Shown here: in pieces, positions 50,480 through 63,960 of the stretch
How the letters are laid out: the number at the start of each line of letters is the position of its first letter
How positions within the stretch are numbered: the first letter of the stretch is position 1
DNA from: Hemiscyllium ocellatum
Taxonomy: Eukaryota
NCBI RefSeq assembly: GCF_020745735.1
Contig: NC_083417.1
Location: 27,032,001 to 27,096,000, forward strand
Length of the DNA stretch: 64,000 nt
Direction of reading: 5' to 3'
Position numbers and translations under genes: made by a program
The notes under the pieces: generated by a model
What the model was told of the DNA's origin: nothing
The model's database searches: none
What the model saw: the letters and a program-made list of their open reading frames with translations, nothing else

Positions 50480-53400
50480 CAGCCAGGGCCATTTCTGGAG
50501 CGGCCATTTTTGAGAAAGGCTGTTTTGTGGTTGAAGTGCTGCTAGTCGGTCTAAGTGTGGGCTTAGATGAATATTGGGCTTTGGTGTGGAGGGTAAGCAG
50601 CAACAAGGTAAGGGCAAGGTAAGATCTTTTTTTCCAAAATCCTCTAGTTAAAGGGGCAGAGTGGTATGCTCCTCCTGTTCAATGTGGGAGATCAGGGAGC
50701 AGTTGTGTGTCCCTTTCCTGCAGGAAGTGTATCCGACTGCAGCTTTTCTCAGACCACATGGATTGGTTGGAGTGACAGTTGAACATACTGAGAAGCATGC
50801 AGGAGACGGAGAATGTGATAGATAGTAGCTTTGAGAAAGTGGTCATACCACAGATACAGTCTGATAGATGGGTGTCTGCCAGGAAATGTAGCCAGGTAGT
50901 GTGTGTTGTGGGGGGCAGACACTAAAGACAAAAGAGAAGGTTGAGGCTGGTACAGAAGTGAAAGGCAGTACATTTCACAGATTAGGCAGGCAAAAGCATG
51001 GCAGGGAACAAGGAAAGACTGATTAATTAAACTGCATTTGTGTCAATACAAGAGGCCTGACAGGTAAGGCAGGTAAACTCAGGGCATGGATGGGTACATG
51101 GGACTGGGATATCATAGCTATTACAGAAACATGGCTGAGTGAGGAACAGGACTGGCTATATGGGGGGAACTGAGAAATAAGCAGGGGGTGATCACTTAGA
51201 TGGGATTGTATTATAGGGCACCCAATAGTAAGCAGGAAATTGAAGAGCAAATATGCAGAGAGATTTCAGATAGCTGTAAGAACAATAGGGTTGTTACAGT
51301 AGGTTGTTATAGTTCCAAACATAGACTGGGACTACCATTGTGTTAAGGCTTGGGGAGCAATTTTTTAAGTGTGTTCAGGAAAATTTTCTCAATCAATTTG
51401 TAGATGGCCCTACTGGAGAACAGTCAAAACTCAACTTTCTCTTGGGAAATAAGGCAGGGCAAGTGACTGAGATATTAGTGGTGGAGTGCTTTGGAACCAG
51501 TGACCATAATTCTATTAGTTTTAAAATAGACATCTGGCAAGTGGAAGGTTTTCAAAACCAATATGATGAGAGTTCAGGGCCAGCATTTTCCTATTAGTGT
51601 GAAAGGTAAGTCTGGCAGGAGTAAGCAACACTGGATGACTAGAGATATTTAGGCACTAGTCAAGAAAAAGAAGGAGACATATGTCAAGTATAGACAAGTG
51701 AATCTCTTGATGAATATGGGGATTGTAGGAGTACACTTAAGAGGAAAATCAGAAAGGCAAAAAGGGGACATGAGATAGCTTTGGCAGAGAAGGTCAAGGA
51801 GAACCCAAATAGATTCTACAAGTATAATAAAAACAAAAGAGTAGCTAGGAAGAGAATAGAGCCCCTTAGAGATTAGTAAGGTTATCTGTGTATGGAACAA
51901 TAGGAGAAGTGTGAGATTATTTCTCTTCAGCATTTACCATGGAGAAAGAATAGGGAACTCAGCAAAGTAAACAGTAAAGTCGTAAAAAGAGTCTGCATTA
52001 CAGAAGAGGAGGTGCTGGATGTCTTAAAAATCATAAAGGTAGATAAATCCCTGGGACCTGATCAAGTATATCCCAGGACATTATCAGAAGCTAGGGAAAA
52101 AAGCACAGGGGCCCCTCTTGGAGATATTTATATCATTGACAGCCACAGGTGAGGTGCCAGAAGACTAGGGGGTGGCTAATGTTGTGCCACGACTTAAGAA
52201 AGACTATAAGGAAAAGCCAGGAAACTGATGGGCAAGTTGTTGGAGGGGATTCTGAAAGACTGAGAAACAAAATCTACATGCACTTAGAATGACAAGGACT
52301 GATTAGGGATAGTCAGCATGGCTTTGTGCATGGGAAATTGTGCCTTACAAAATTGGATTGAGTTTTTTTGAAGAGGTGACCAAGAAAATAGATGAGTGCA
52401 GTGTGGCAGATGTTGTCTATGTGGACATAAGTAAGGCATTTGACAATATATCGCATGGTAACCTGGTTAGGAAGGTTAGATTACTTGGGATCCAGGGAGA
52501 GCTAGCCAATTCAATACAAAATTGTCTTGATGGTGAGACAGAGGATGGTAGTAGAGAATTGTTTTTCAGACTGGAGGCCTGTGACCATTGGTGTGCCACA
52601 AGGATTAGTACTGGATCCACTGTTGTTCACCAGTTATATAAACGATTTGGAGGAGAACATAGAAGGTATGGTTAGTAAGTTTGTCGATGACACCAAAATT
52701 AATGGTATGGTGGACAGTGAAGAAGATTATATAAGAGTGCTTAGACTCTTGATCAACTGGGCCAGTGGGCTAAGGAATGGCAGTTGGAGTTTAATTCACA
52801 CAAATGTGAGGTGTTGCATTTTGCTAAGACAAGCCAGGGCAGGGCTTACATAATTAATGGTAAGGCCCTGAGGAGTGTTGTCGAACAGAAAAATCCAGAG
52901 GTGCTTGTAAGTGGCATCACAGGTAGACAGGTTGCTGAAGAAGGCATTTGGGATGCTTGCCTTCATTGTTGCAGGAATCATATTATAGCTGTACAATACA
53001 TTGGTACGGTTACATTTGAAGTACTGTGTACATTTCTGGTCACCCTGCTTCAGGAAGGATGTTATTAAGCTGGAAAAGATGCAAAAAAGGCTTATAAGTA
53101 TGTTACCAAAGTTTGAGTTATAAGGAGAGTTGAATAAGCTAGGACATTTTTTTCCTGGAGCGTTGGAGGCTGAGGGGTAATCTTATAGAGCTTTGTAAAG
53201 GCTGTGCAGGACATTTGTTAGGCCACTTTTAGAATACTGCATGCAATTCTGGTGTCACTCCTATTGAAAGGATGTTGTGAAACTTGAAAGGGTTCAGAAA
53301 AGATTTACAAGGATGTTGCCAGGATTGGAGGATCTGAGCTATGAGGACAAGCTGAATAGGTTGGGGCTGTTTACCCTGGACCATCAGAGGCTGAGGGGTA

Positions 53401-54102
53401 ACCTTAAAGAAGTTTATAAAATCAAGAAGGGCATAAAGAGGATAAATAGATAAGGTCTTTTTTTCCTGAGATGGGGGAGTCCAGAACTAGAGGACATAGG
53501 TTCATGGTGAGAGGGGAAAGATGTTAAAGGGATCTAAGGGGCAACTTTTTCACGCAGAGGCTGGTATGGAATGAGCTGCCAGAGGAAGTGGTGAAGGCTG
53601 GTACAATTACAATATTTAAAAGACAACTGGATGGGTATATGAATAGGCAAGGTTTGGAGGGATAAGGGCCAAGTGCTGGAAAATGGGACTAGATTAGGTC
53701 AGGACATTTGGTCGGCATGGATGAGTTGGACTGAAGGGTCTGTTTCCATGCAGTACATCTCTATGACTCTATGAGGGGCATAGATGAGGTGAGTAGTCAG
53801 GTCTTTTTCTCCTGGGTAAGGGAGTCCAAAAGTAGAGAGTATAGGTTTAACCCAAAAAATTTAAGAGGGACCTAAGGGGCAACTTTTTCACACAGAGGGT
53901 AGTGTGTATATATGGAACAAGCTACCAGACAAAGTGGGTATAATTACATTTAAAAATCACTTAGACAGCTACATGGATTTGGAAAGGCTTAGAGGACCAC
54001 ACACAGACAAATGGGCCTAGTTCAGTTTAGGGGACCTGGTCAGCATGGACCAGGTGGGACAAAGGGTCTGTTTCTATGCTGTATACCTCTCTGACTCGAT
54101 GA
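50480..54102 (+). mobile_element. Long decayed CR1 LINE (5' UTR, ORF1 CxxC..CxxC start, ORF2 EN plus RT) with a second CR1 3' fragment nested at about 53200-53772
   Basis: VCSSCSMWE..CRKCIRLQL at about 50660-50750; WDIIAITETWL; GVPQGLVLDPLLF..INDL..KFVDD; two separate 3' tails (about 53772 and 54102). Confidence 0.88.
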
Positions 54103-54258
54103 GTGGCAACTTCATCCAGCCAAGATGAGATGGTAGAAATCCAGCTAGTACCAAATGAGGCTGATTCCATAGGTAGATAATTGATGGATAATTAATTGAG
54201 TTTGGTATGATATGGTGAGAAGTGTCATTAAGCTTAATGGAGAGAAGCCTTCCTTTCA

Positions 54259-54574
54259 GGGTGGCACAGTGGTACAGTGGTTAGCACTGCTGCCTCACAG
54301 CGCCAGGGACCTGGATTCAATTCCCACCTCAGGCGACTGACTGTGTGGAGTTTGCACGTTCTCCCCGTGTCTGCGTGGGTTTCCTCCGGGTACTCCGGTT
54401 TCCTCCCACAGTCCAAAGATGTGCGGGTCAGGTGAATTGGCCATGCTAAATTGCCCGTAGTGTTAGGTAAGGGGTAAATGTAGGGGTATGGGTGGGTTGC
54501 GCTTCGGCGGGTCGGTGTGGACTTGTTGGGCCGAAGGGCCTGTTTCCACACTGTAAGTAATCTAATCTAATCTA
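54259..54574 (+). mobile_element. Full-length tRNA-derived HE1-type (V-domain) SINE
   Basis: A/B boxes (tggtacagtgg; ggattcaattccc), V domain tgtgtggagtttgcacgttctccccgtgtctgcgtgggtttcctccggg, CR1-like tail gggccgaagggcctgtttcc, (aatct)n end. Confidence 0.9.
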
Positions 54575-56146
54575 GAAACTTGATGAAACGGCACTTAGCC
54601 AAAATAAAATAAGATTCTGCTCAAGAGGCTAAAAGTGCTGCTACAGGGCACCCATCTATACAGCTAGAGACTCTTAAGAGGATCGTAAAAACATACCCAG
54701 AAAGGTAAAAATATTTAGAATACCAGAAGTTTGCAACAGATAATGAAGGTCTGAGAATTCTAGCTTTGGAGAGAAACAAGAGGAAGAATTTCAAAGGAAC
54801 TCAGTATAACATACTTTCTTTGTCTTGTGGAACCTTTAATTCCTCAAAATAACAGACTTCAATTTTGAGCTTTTGAACAGTACTGTATAAAGAAACTTAA
54901 GCTAAGAGCAGCTAATGTGCAGAAAAAAGTTTTGAGACCAAGGGAGGTCAAATAAATAAAAGTATGCAGAAACCAAAACCTATTTTGATGAGGGCAAGTG
55001 AGCCAGAAAGTGCGAAAACCACACAACTGGTGAGTAATAAGAAACATTCTGACCCTCCCAAAATCTGCTGTTCTGAACAGCCTGCTTTTACAAGAAAATG
55101 CCAACTGTTCAGCTGTAGAAACCATTTTAGCCACTGGATCTGATCTGAAATGGTAATATCTTTAACTTCAGCAAGAAAAAAGAAAACAAAAGGTACCTAC
55201 AGTAAATCACAAAGGTCTAATGTGGTTTTGTTCTAAATATTATTTTGTCTTACCTTTAATTGTTATGTTCTTGGTATTTGATATTTCTTGATAACAACTT
55301 TATGTTTTTAAACTAAGGAATCTTGAGTAATAATTTGTAATAAACTAACTTTAAACCTGTTTAAAATGAAAATATAACTGCTAGACTTCTTTAACTTAAA
55401 TAATTACATATTTTAAAAGGGCTTCATGAGCTATACTAATACTCAAGTCACTGACCATTGATGGGTGTGACAATGGCAGAAATATGCAAAATAGACGTCC
55501 AGGACCAGAGAAGTTGTTAGGTAGTAGTTAGTCTGTATAGATCTTTGTAAATCCACTTGCATGCCATTTACATGGCATAACTTTTTTTCGGATGTTTTCA
55601 ACAATAATGTTACAACTTATAAGGGGATTTTCCCATCAGTTCATTGACTTCTACAAAATTACTGTCTATAGGGACTTCAACAGCACACTCTGTGAAGGAG
55701 CAGAGAATAACAGACAACCATGTTCAAATTTTCACATTTAACTACAGATGCAAGATCTTGCTGTTAGTTTCACAGTTTTAATGACTGAAATGTTGATATC
55801 CTTATCATTTCAACTGCAAAACCCGGACCACTATAATTTTAGTGTCAGACCTATGCCAATACCTCTCTGAAATTAAGTTATAAGTCAGGGAAACTGCCCT
55901 TCCAATTTTCCATCTACCTCTGTTGGGAATTCTCTTGCAACTGTTTAGTAGATTTTCCCTGCAGCTATATAGCTAAAATAGAAACTCAACATGTGAAAGG
56001 CTAGAGTCACAAGTCCATGCTGAAACAGCCTGGCATAGTATGGGCAAACTTCAACACATTTTCACTGTAGCATCTTATTTATGATACATGAGATTTAAAT
56101 CTACTGCAGTTAGTTTATTCTAACTGACAACTTTGGATTGTTTTAG

Positions 56147-56256
56147 CTCGAGACCTTACGAAAATCCCTGCATGGTGCAAGGTCAGACAGTTCAAGATTG
56201 CATCGAGAGAGTGAGCTGGTTGTAGCGAATGTTAACCAGTGGGTAAAGGACCAAAA
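56147..56256 (+). CDS. PMFBP1: Coding exon, 110 nt, phase 0 to 2
   Basis: gattgttttAG|CTC; LETLRKSLHGARSDSSRLHRESELVVANVNQWVKDQ(K); donor AA|gtaagt. Confidence 0.88.
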
Positions 56257-56494
56257 GTAAGTAACTTAATTTCTACTACGGTTTAGTAAAGATCCATAAA
56301 TTAAACATGTAACAAGTTAACGTTCTGGTATGTTTCAAATATACATGTGGTTCAGCTGTCAGTTTAGGCAATTTGACCAATAATGGGGTATGAAACTCTA
56401 AACCTGTGCCCAAACAATGAAGTATTACTTTAATGTGAGAGAGCCTGTTAATAGGACCAATGATACTTTCTATAATGTTGCCAAAAAGGACACA

Positions 56495-56905
56495 CTCTGT
56501 TGAACCTTTTGGCCTGCACTTATCAGGGTATTACCCAACAATACAAACTCAAGGGAAAAAAACTTCTATACTGCATGGGAGGAGAGCATTGACTGGTTAG
56601 CAAGCAGACTGTAATTGATAGAGGTCTTGTCATGGAGAATGCACACATACATGCTGATTGACAGTTAACAACCAAGCTTTGTTAAATTTTAAACTAGGCA
56701 AGTTGACTTTGATTGGTCAGGACATTGCCGTGAAAAATAAACCAGCAAAAGTCTGTCACCTGTTTCGTTGAGTTGAAACAAGTGCAGTACATGTACATGT
56801 TCTTTCTGTCTGCAAAGAACAAGGACCCTGTATATTAATATATGTGGCTTTGCACACATGCAAGTGCATCACACTGAAAGTCTGATTACAATCCTAAATT
56901 GCTTG
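56495..56905 (-). mobile_element. 3' fragment of a further PLE family with degenerate hammerhead
   Basis: Minus strand relic ..ATYINIQG.. (GIY-YIG C-terminus-like) and CTGATAA-GTGCAGGC-CAAAAG-GTTC at about 56498-56528. Confidence 0.5.
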
Positions 56906-58463
56906 TGATTCTGTTTATGTTGATTTAATGCAGGTCTGTTTCTTCAATGATCAAAATGCTTAACATTGCGAACGTATTCATATTATTATCTTTTGGAAAA
57001 TAGAGTGTTTGATGGATTTTTCAAACTGATTAATAACCTTTATTGAGCCATGAAACAAATACTGAAGGGGAACTTGAACCCACAACCTTCCAGTTCAAGT
57101 CTACCAACTGAAGCGTTTGAATTCTCAAAATGTGAACTACATTTGCTGTCTTGTCCTACCAAGTCCTGTGCCATATGTAGGAAAATGCTAAGGACAAGTA
57201 GCTCTTTTAACTAAAGTACATTCCTCCATTAGTTTGCTTCATTTAAAATAGGTTAGTTCTAATAATTAGTTTTCTATATAAACCAGCTTTCCACTTTGAA
57301 AGCAACATTTTAACATGTGTTCACCAAATATTACCACTTAGTGGTGGTGAATGGAAAATGACAGCCACAATATAGATTATGATTTACAATGACTAACTTC
57401 AAATTATTGTATATTTTTAAATAGAATAAAATTGTCTGGAAATGCATCCTTTCTGATAACAAATTAATTTCGCAAAACATCCAAGCTATATATTCTCAGC
57501 ATTCATAATAATCTCTGCCTCTTGAGTGAATTGCATCTTTATTGTTTAGGTCGTAAATGTATTTGTATTAAACCAGAACTGAATGTTTGGAATTTATTTA
57601 AATGAATATCTCAATTTTAAAGTAATTCCCAACAATCTATTACTAAAAAAAATACCAAAATTGAATGTCACTAGAGAGTAGCGAAGTTCTGTTGCACCCT
57701 GTGGTTGATTCATGAAAACATTGTGATTGTTGCTAAGAAACAACCCGAACCAAAATTAGTGAGTAATGTGACTGACATCATTTAATCATATCACAGAAAT
57801 AAGCAGCATCACAAATCTTATTCTATTGATGGTGCGATATTATTAGCTTTAGGTTAAATTAATTAATACAGAAGTAATCTAATAAAGGGATCATTATGGT
57901 GTCACACATACATCATGTGCTGCTTAGCAACAAAGTTGCACCATTCTTGGTGATTTTGATATAAATCTGATTATTGTGCTGTCACATCATTTGTGACCAT
58001 GAGGAGGAGCGTGAATCATTGAACTACTGGTACAATTAACTTGTGCCCAGAGCTGTGAATGTAATTTATTTATACTACCTGGTATCAGCTTTGGCCCCTG
58101 TGACTGAGCTCACAAATAAACTTCACAAACCATCCAAACTACGTTTTCATCAATCAGAACATATCCAAACCCCTTGAGCTTATTGTATCTTTATCCTGTA
58201 CATATTAGATTAGAATTGAATGTTTAAATTGAATAAAATGAAAATCCCCAGACCTAAGCCAGTCTCTAACTAGAGATAGCAATTGTATAGGAATGAATGT
58301 TCAGCAAGTTGTAATGGCAGTAAGGAGTCACTGATTTAATATTTTTGTTAAATATGGCAATGCTAATAAAGCCAAGAATCAGATCCGATAAAGTAATATT
58401 TATGAATATACATAGATATTTTCCAAATACACAAAACATAGTAAAAGCAACTAAACACATGAT

Positions 58464-58732
58464 GATTAGATTCCCACACAGTGTGGAAACAGGTCCTTCG
58501 GCCCAACAAGTCCACACCAACCCTCCGAAGAGTAACCCACCCAGACCCATTTCCCTCTGACTAATGCTATGGGCAATTTAGCATAGCCAATTCGCCTGAC
58601 CTGCACACCTTTGGACTGTGGGAGGAAATCCACGCAGACACAGGGAGAATGTGTAAACTCCACACAGACAGTCACCCAAGGCTGGAATTGAACCTGAGGC
58701 AGCCGTGCTAACCATTGAGCCAACATGCCACC
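58464..58732 (-). mobile_element. HE1-type SINE, internally deleted copy
   Basis: Reverse complement aligns by eye with 54259-54574. Confidence 0.88.
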
Positions 58733-59115
58733 TCAAATGATGTTATGCTTTTCTGAAAAGATGGAAATGGTTAATTCTTTTATTTTTACAACATTTCTGG
58801 CCAAAATGAATGCATTAGGAGATCCACTAATGCATATTACAAAATCACACAAATTTGTTATTTTTTTTACTTAATTATTCAACTGTAATATTTTTCTGCA
58901 GTAGCATGACAAGTATAAATAAAAACTGAATGCTTGAATTCTGATAAAATTATTGGAAAATTAGAAAAATGTGGTGTATAAAACATGAAAACATTACTTT
59001 TCATGCTCCATGGTCAAAATGACAATCCATGCGGTTCCTTATTATAGATTTTTCTGTGTCTTTCCTGTATTAACTGCAAGCAATTAATACATTGTGTGTG
59101 TGTTTTTTTATAAAG

Positions 59116-59190
59116 GCAAGCCAATGAAAAACTTGGAAATAAGATCAAAGAACAAACAAAGCAAATCCTTCAACTAACAACTGAAAAAGA
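59116..59190 (+). CDS. PMFBP1: Coding exon, 75 nt, phase 2-2; carries the PMFBP1-like ANEKLGN segment
   Basis: tttttttataaAG|G; (K)QANEKLGNKIKEQTKQILQLTTEK; donor GA|gtaagt. Resembles the mammalian PMFBP1 C-terminal segment as I recall it ([24 protein letters not shown]); gene identity needs BLAST and synteny confirmation. Confidence 0.82.
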
Positions 59191-60284
59191 GTAAGTATCA
59201 ACACTGGGAACTAACTAGTGTAAATGTCAGACTTGCCTGTAGTAGGTATTAATATTGCAGATCTTCATCTGTGCTACCTGATAACACACCTTTGGATAGA
59301 AACAGCATTGCTCCTTTTAAACACAATTGTTCAATGACCTACGAAGATAGATTATGTGCAAAATTATTTTGAGAAGTAGATGAGTCTGATCGAAACAAAG
59401 CAGATCTATTAGTTCTTTGTTTATTACAATATAGGATGGTACAGATAAGCAAGTAAATATTTATTTTCAGAAACCCCAAGTCAATGATGATTGTCATATA
59501 AACGGAGTTCAGAGCTTCAGTTTCCTTTCCTTAGCTCACATTCTCCACGCCTCCCCAGACTAGTTATGTGCCTGACATGTCTTATGATATATTTGACCTT
59601 TACACATTTTGATTTATGTCTTCCCACTTGTACTCAGAGACATGAAAGCTTATTTCATTGCAACTTAAAATAAAAAGCACCAGTAGGGGATATTCAACAT
59701 TTTGGTCATGGTTCCTGATTTGATTTGAATTTCTGGGTGTTCTGGGCACCGCAATCATTCAACCTTTGGAAGCCGTTGATGCTATAAAGTCTGCTTTGCA
59801 AATTCAGCACTTTTGCAATATATTGTTGACAATGGACTAAAGGAAAAATTTAAAGTTATGAGCTGACTTCATGTTATAAAGCAAAGTGAGCCCATTTGTG
59901 AACAAGCACACAGAGTGCCTTCAGATCCACCACCTCTGCATTATATGAAATGAAATGATAAAAAATTGGCCTTGGTATATGTTGTGGTTGCATCTACCAC
60001 TACCATCTCAGCTATGTTGGGTAAATTCACTGCCACTAATCCTTCTTACTTATATTCGTCTACATCGCTGATACCAACTGAAGAAGAATGCCCACACAAA
60101 GTCTTCAGTCAAAGTGAGGGTCTGTCATGCTGAAGAGACTAGATTCATAGTACATAGTGCTTAATGCATACTCATATCACATCTGAGTTACACACCCATT
60201 TCCATCGGAAGGACAAAGGCAGCTGATATATGGGAACACCACCACTTTGCAAGTTCCCCTACAAGCCACTCATCATTCTGAGTA

Positions 60285-60786
60285 TAAAAGTAGTGATGTC
60301 TTAGTTCAGTTGTATTGGAATTTGGTTATACCACAGCTGGAGTACAGTGTACAGTTTTCATTCTCCTGAGAGTTAATATTGTCATTGAGGGAGTGCATTT
60401 AAGGTTCACTAGATATGTTTCAGTGTTGCTGAACTATCCTATGAAGAGAAATTGGACAAATTGGTCTGTGTTTTCCAGGGTTTTGAAAAATAAAAGATTA
60501 TCTCAACAAAACTTACTGGGGTGTCTAGACCAAGGAGGCAATTTAACATAAGTAGGATGTCACTTAGGTCGGAATTGAAAGAGGTTTTCTTCACTCAGAA
60601 AGTTGCGAACCTTTGGAATTCTTTATCACAGATGTTTGTGGAGGATCATTTTTTGAGTATGTTTAAGTTAGTGATTGATAGATTTCCGATTACCAGTGGC
60701 ATAAGGGGTGAATTGTAAGGGATGGATAAAGACATTGAAGTGTTTAATCAACCATGATAGAACTGAATGGTGGACAGGTACATGGG
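60285..60786 (+). mobile_element. Decayed CR1 3' fragment
   Basis: PQLEY relic; FFTQKVANLWNSL; tail ttctatgttccta. Confidence 0.65.
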
Positions 60787-62139
60787 CCCCTGTTTCTATG
60801 TTCCTAAAACCAGGAATTTGGATTTGATTTTCGTAGGTTGATCTATTACAATTTACCTGTATTTTTCATTTCCTCTATAATCTTTATTTTGGCTTTAGCA
60901 AGTTTTATGCTATCCAACACAATGCCTCCTGACAGAAAAACCACACATTTGTTTGGTAACTTATAGATTCTGTGATTGTGATTGAACAGCACATCAGATT
61001 GAGATGTTTATAGCGATTATTTCTTTTCACTGTTGACATCTAATCTTAGAGGATACTATCTAGAAAAAGCAAAGACCATCAAAAACTCCGCTTTACTTAC
61101 GAGGCAGCAGGACTAACAACTGAGCCACCGTGCCTTCCAAATCTTATCATTGTACTTCGTTTCTTAATTCACAATTTTTTGGAGTAGAGGATTAACAATG
61201 TTAAGTAGCATGGTTCTGTGTGCTTATATATGTTGCTATTTTCTATGTATGATCCTATCCATTAATAGCTTTAATAGGGCTCTTGTTGCACTGTGGTAGT
61301 GCACTGTGCCTACCTCTAGGTACCTAGTTCCTACCCACTTCAACAGTGTAGTTTAACAGGTATAATTACATTAGCGAATATCAATGTTTTCCCATTTTTC
61401 AAGCTAGTAAAAACTGCTATTATTTTACAATTCAGGTAATAAACACAGCACAATGAGATTCTAACAATGAAGTGATTCTCATTTTTAAGATTTATTCTCA
61501 TTTAGAGAAAAAGTTTCTACCATATTGAATACTGAAGTTTGAAGAAAACACTACTTCTCTCTTAGGTGCCTTGCTTCGTCATCTGTAGTAATTGATTCGT
61601 GGGGATTGAGAAGGTCCCTACCAGGATCATTACCATGTATTGTTTATAACTGAAAGTGTTACTTTCAAGTCTAAGCCTGAAGAACATTCTTAATTTTGCC
61701 TTCACTGTAACCAGTCTATCTTGATCTCAAATTCAGGGTGAGCCACACAATAAAAGAGTACCCCTTGCATTAAATTGCCTTTCCTTTGTCTTCCTACAAA
61801 AATATATCACATTACATTTCTCTACCTGAAATTTATTCTGCCACGCCTGCCCCACATTCAAGCAACCTATGTTATGCCAATCTATATTAAAATATTAACA
61901 TATTCATCCAACCAGTGTAAGAGAACCTAATGTGTACCACTTCAAATGAAATGCATTTTATTTCTATCTATAAAAATACTAGCTTACCATTGGGAATCTA
62001 CAGGAAGGAGATTCCCAACATTGAGAGCAAAGAGCTCCATTTTACAAACAAGTGTTGAACAATGAGACCAGAATTTGGCTAGTGAATGGGAAAGGCCATT
62101 CTGCATTTGTTAGCATGCATTAACATCTTATTAACAGCC

Positions 62140-63960
62140 AGCTTTCAGCAGGATCTACTATACTCAATTGACTGAGACAAAAGCTTTGGTCAGATCGATG
62201 AAGGTCATATAGAGTAGTTGATGTTGTTTTGGCATTTCTCTTCAAGTTGCAAACTGTGAAAATCATATCCAGAGTTCCACAGGTTGATCAGAAGTCACAC
62301 TGGCTTTCAGGAAGGATTATCTCTGAGACTGTGAGAAGGCACCTAGCAAGATTCAAGTAATGATCTTCTTGGTGATAGACAGCAGGACAATTCTTCGGAA
62401 GTTCCCACAGTCAACTTTGGTTCCTTTCTTGAGAACAGTGATAATGGCAGCTTCCTTAAGATCAGCAAGAATTTCTTCTTTCCCCAGATTATCAGGAGCA
62501 GTTGATGGAGATGACAGGTAAGCTCTGCTCCTCCAAGTTTGAAAATATCCAAAAGGAATCCAGTCTATTCCTGCAGATCTTCCATTATCCGTTTGTCTAA
62601 TGGTCGCACAAGATCATCTTTCATGAGGAATTGGGGTATTTCCTCAAAGATGTTGTCATTGATGATTGTATCACAGTTTAGGAGATCTGTGAAGTGTTCC
62701 CTTCATTGGAGGCTGATGTTTTCTTTGTCTCTTAACAGGGTTCTTAGCCTTATCCTTACTTTGCACTGGTTTAAGGCCAAGGATGTTGGGTCTGTAAATT
62801 TACTGAAGTAACCCCTGATGTGAGCTGTTTGTCAGCAAGAAGTTGAAGCCCCTTAGCTTTCTCAGGTCACCATTAATTTTTGATTTCTTTCATTCCTTTT
62901 TGTAGGCCAGCCTTTGCTATTTAATAAATTCTCCTCTTTGCCTTACTGGTAATGGTGCTTTGCCAGGCATGGAGTGCCTCTTGTTGATAAGAATTTGGAT
63001 GATATAGCCATTCTCATTGAACCAGTCTTGGTGTTTGCTGGTCTTTTGGAGCCAATGATCTCTTCACAGCATGAGATGATGGCTGTCTTCAGCTCTTTCT
63101 AGATTTCAATCGCTCCACTAAAATTAATTCTTGGAGATTTTGGTGAAGACATTGTCACAAGTCTACTTGACACTTGAAGTTTCTCGATGTTGAGTTTTTT
63201 TTCAGAGTTGTTTCTTCGTCTTTAGCTGCATCTAGTGGCATTTCACAGACATTTAGGAGCAGTCATCTGCACTCGTCACCACTTTGGTAATGAGGACATC
63301 CTTTTGGCATTGAAATCAAACAAAGACATAGTTAATCGTGTGCTTGTATTTTGATCATGGATGCCTCCAAGTAGTCTTGAACTTATCTTTTTCATGATGG
63401 TGGTGACCAGCTGTACTCCGCAAATTTGATGAATAGGAGAATCCCATTGGTGCTGCAATTCCTGAGTTTGGCGTCCTTTCCAATCCTGACATTTGAAGTG
63501 CCCAAGAATGATAATTTGATCTTCCTTATGAATGTTGGTGAATAATGTGTCCAGGGTGGAGTAAAAGCTTTCTTCGGATGACCATTCAACAACTATGATC
63601 TGCTGGTTCTTGGCAAGTTGTAGACAGGGTTGCGAGATGATTGTTTATGCCAACAGGCAGCTCTGAGAGTTGTTTAATGGTATCATCCTGATAACAAATC
63701 CAATTCCATGTGTCCTGGATTGATCATTGTATTTTCCACTCCAGAATGAGGTGTGACTATTACCTACTTCCCTCAAGTGCCCTTCACCTGCACTTCTAGT
63801 CTGCAGGGCAACAATATCAATGTTGACGTGCCTGAGTTCACATGCAACCAAGGCAGTTCTTCATACTGGGTGATTGTTTTCTTCATTATCTATGAGGGTA
63901 AGTACATTCCATGTTTCAAGATTGAGTTCGATTTTGGTATACAGACTGCAGGGACATGAG
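62140..63960 (-). mobile_element. Decayed RTE-clade (BovB-like) LINE, endonuclease and start of RT
   Basis: VACELRHVNIDIVALQ..GEGHLREVG..FWSG..HGIGF; DIFKLGGAEL; FIDLTKA relic near 62190. Confidence 0.82.

Noticed and set aside
3521-56528. Selective loss of hammerheads on the host sense strand
   Set aside because: Both strands are mostly degenerate; only one sense and two or three antisense copies keep the core, too few to claim a bias.
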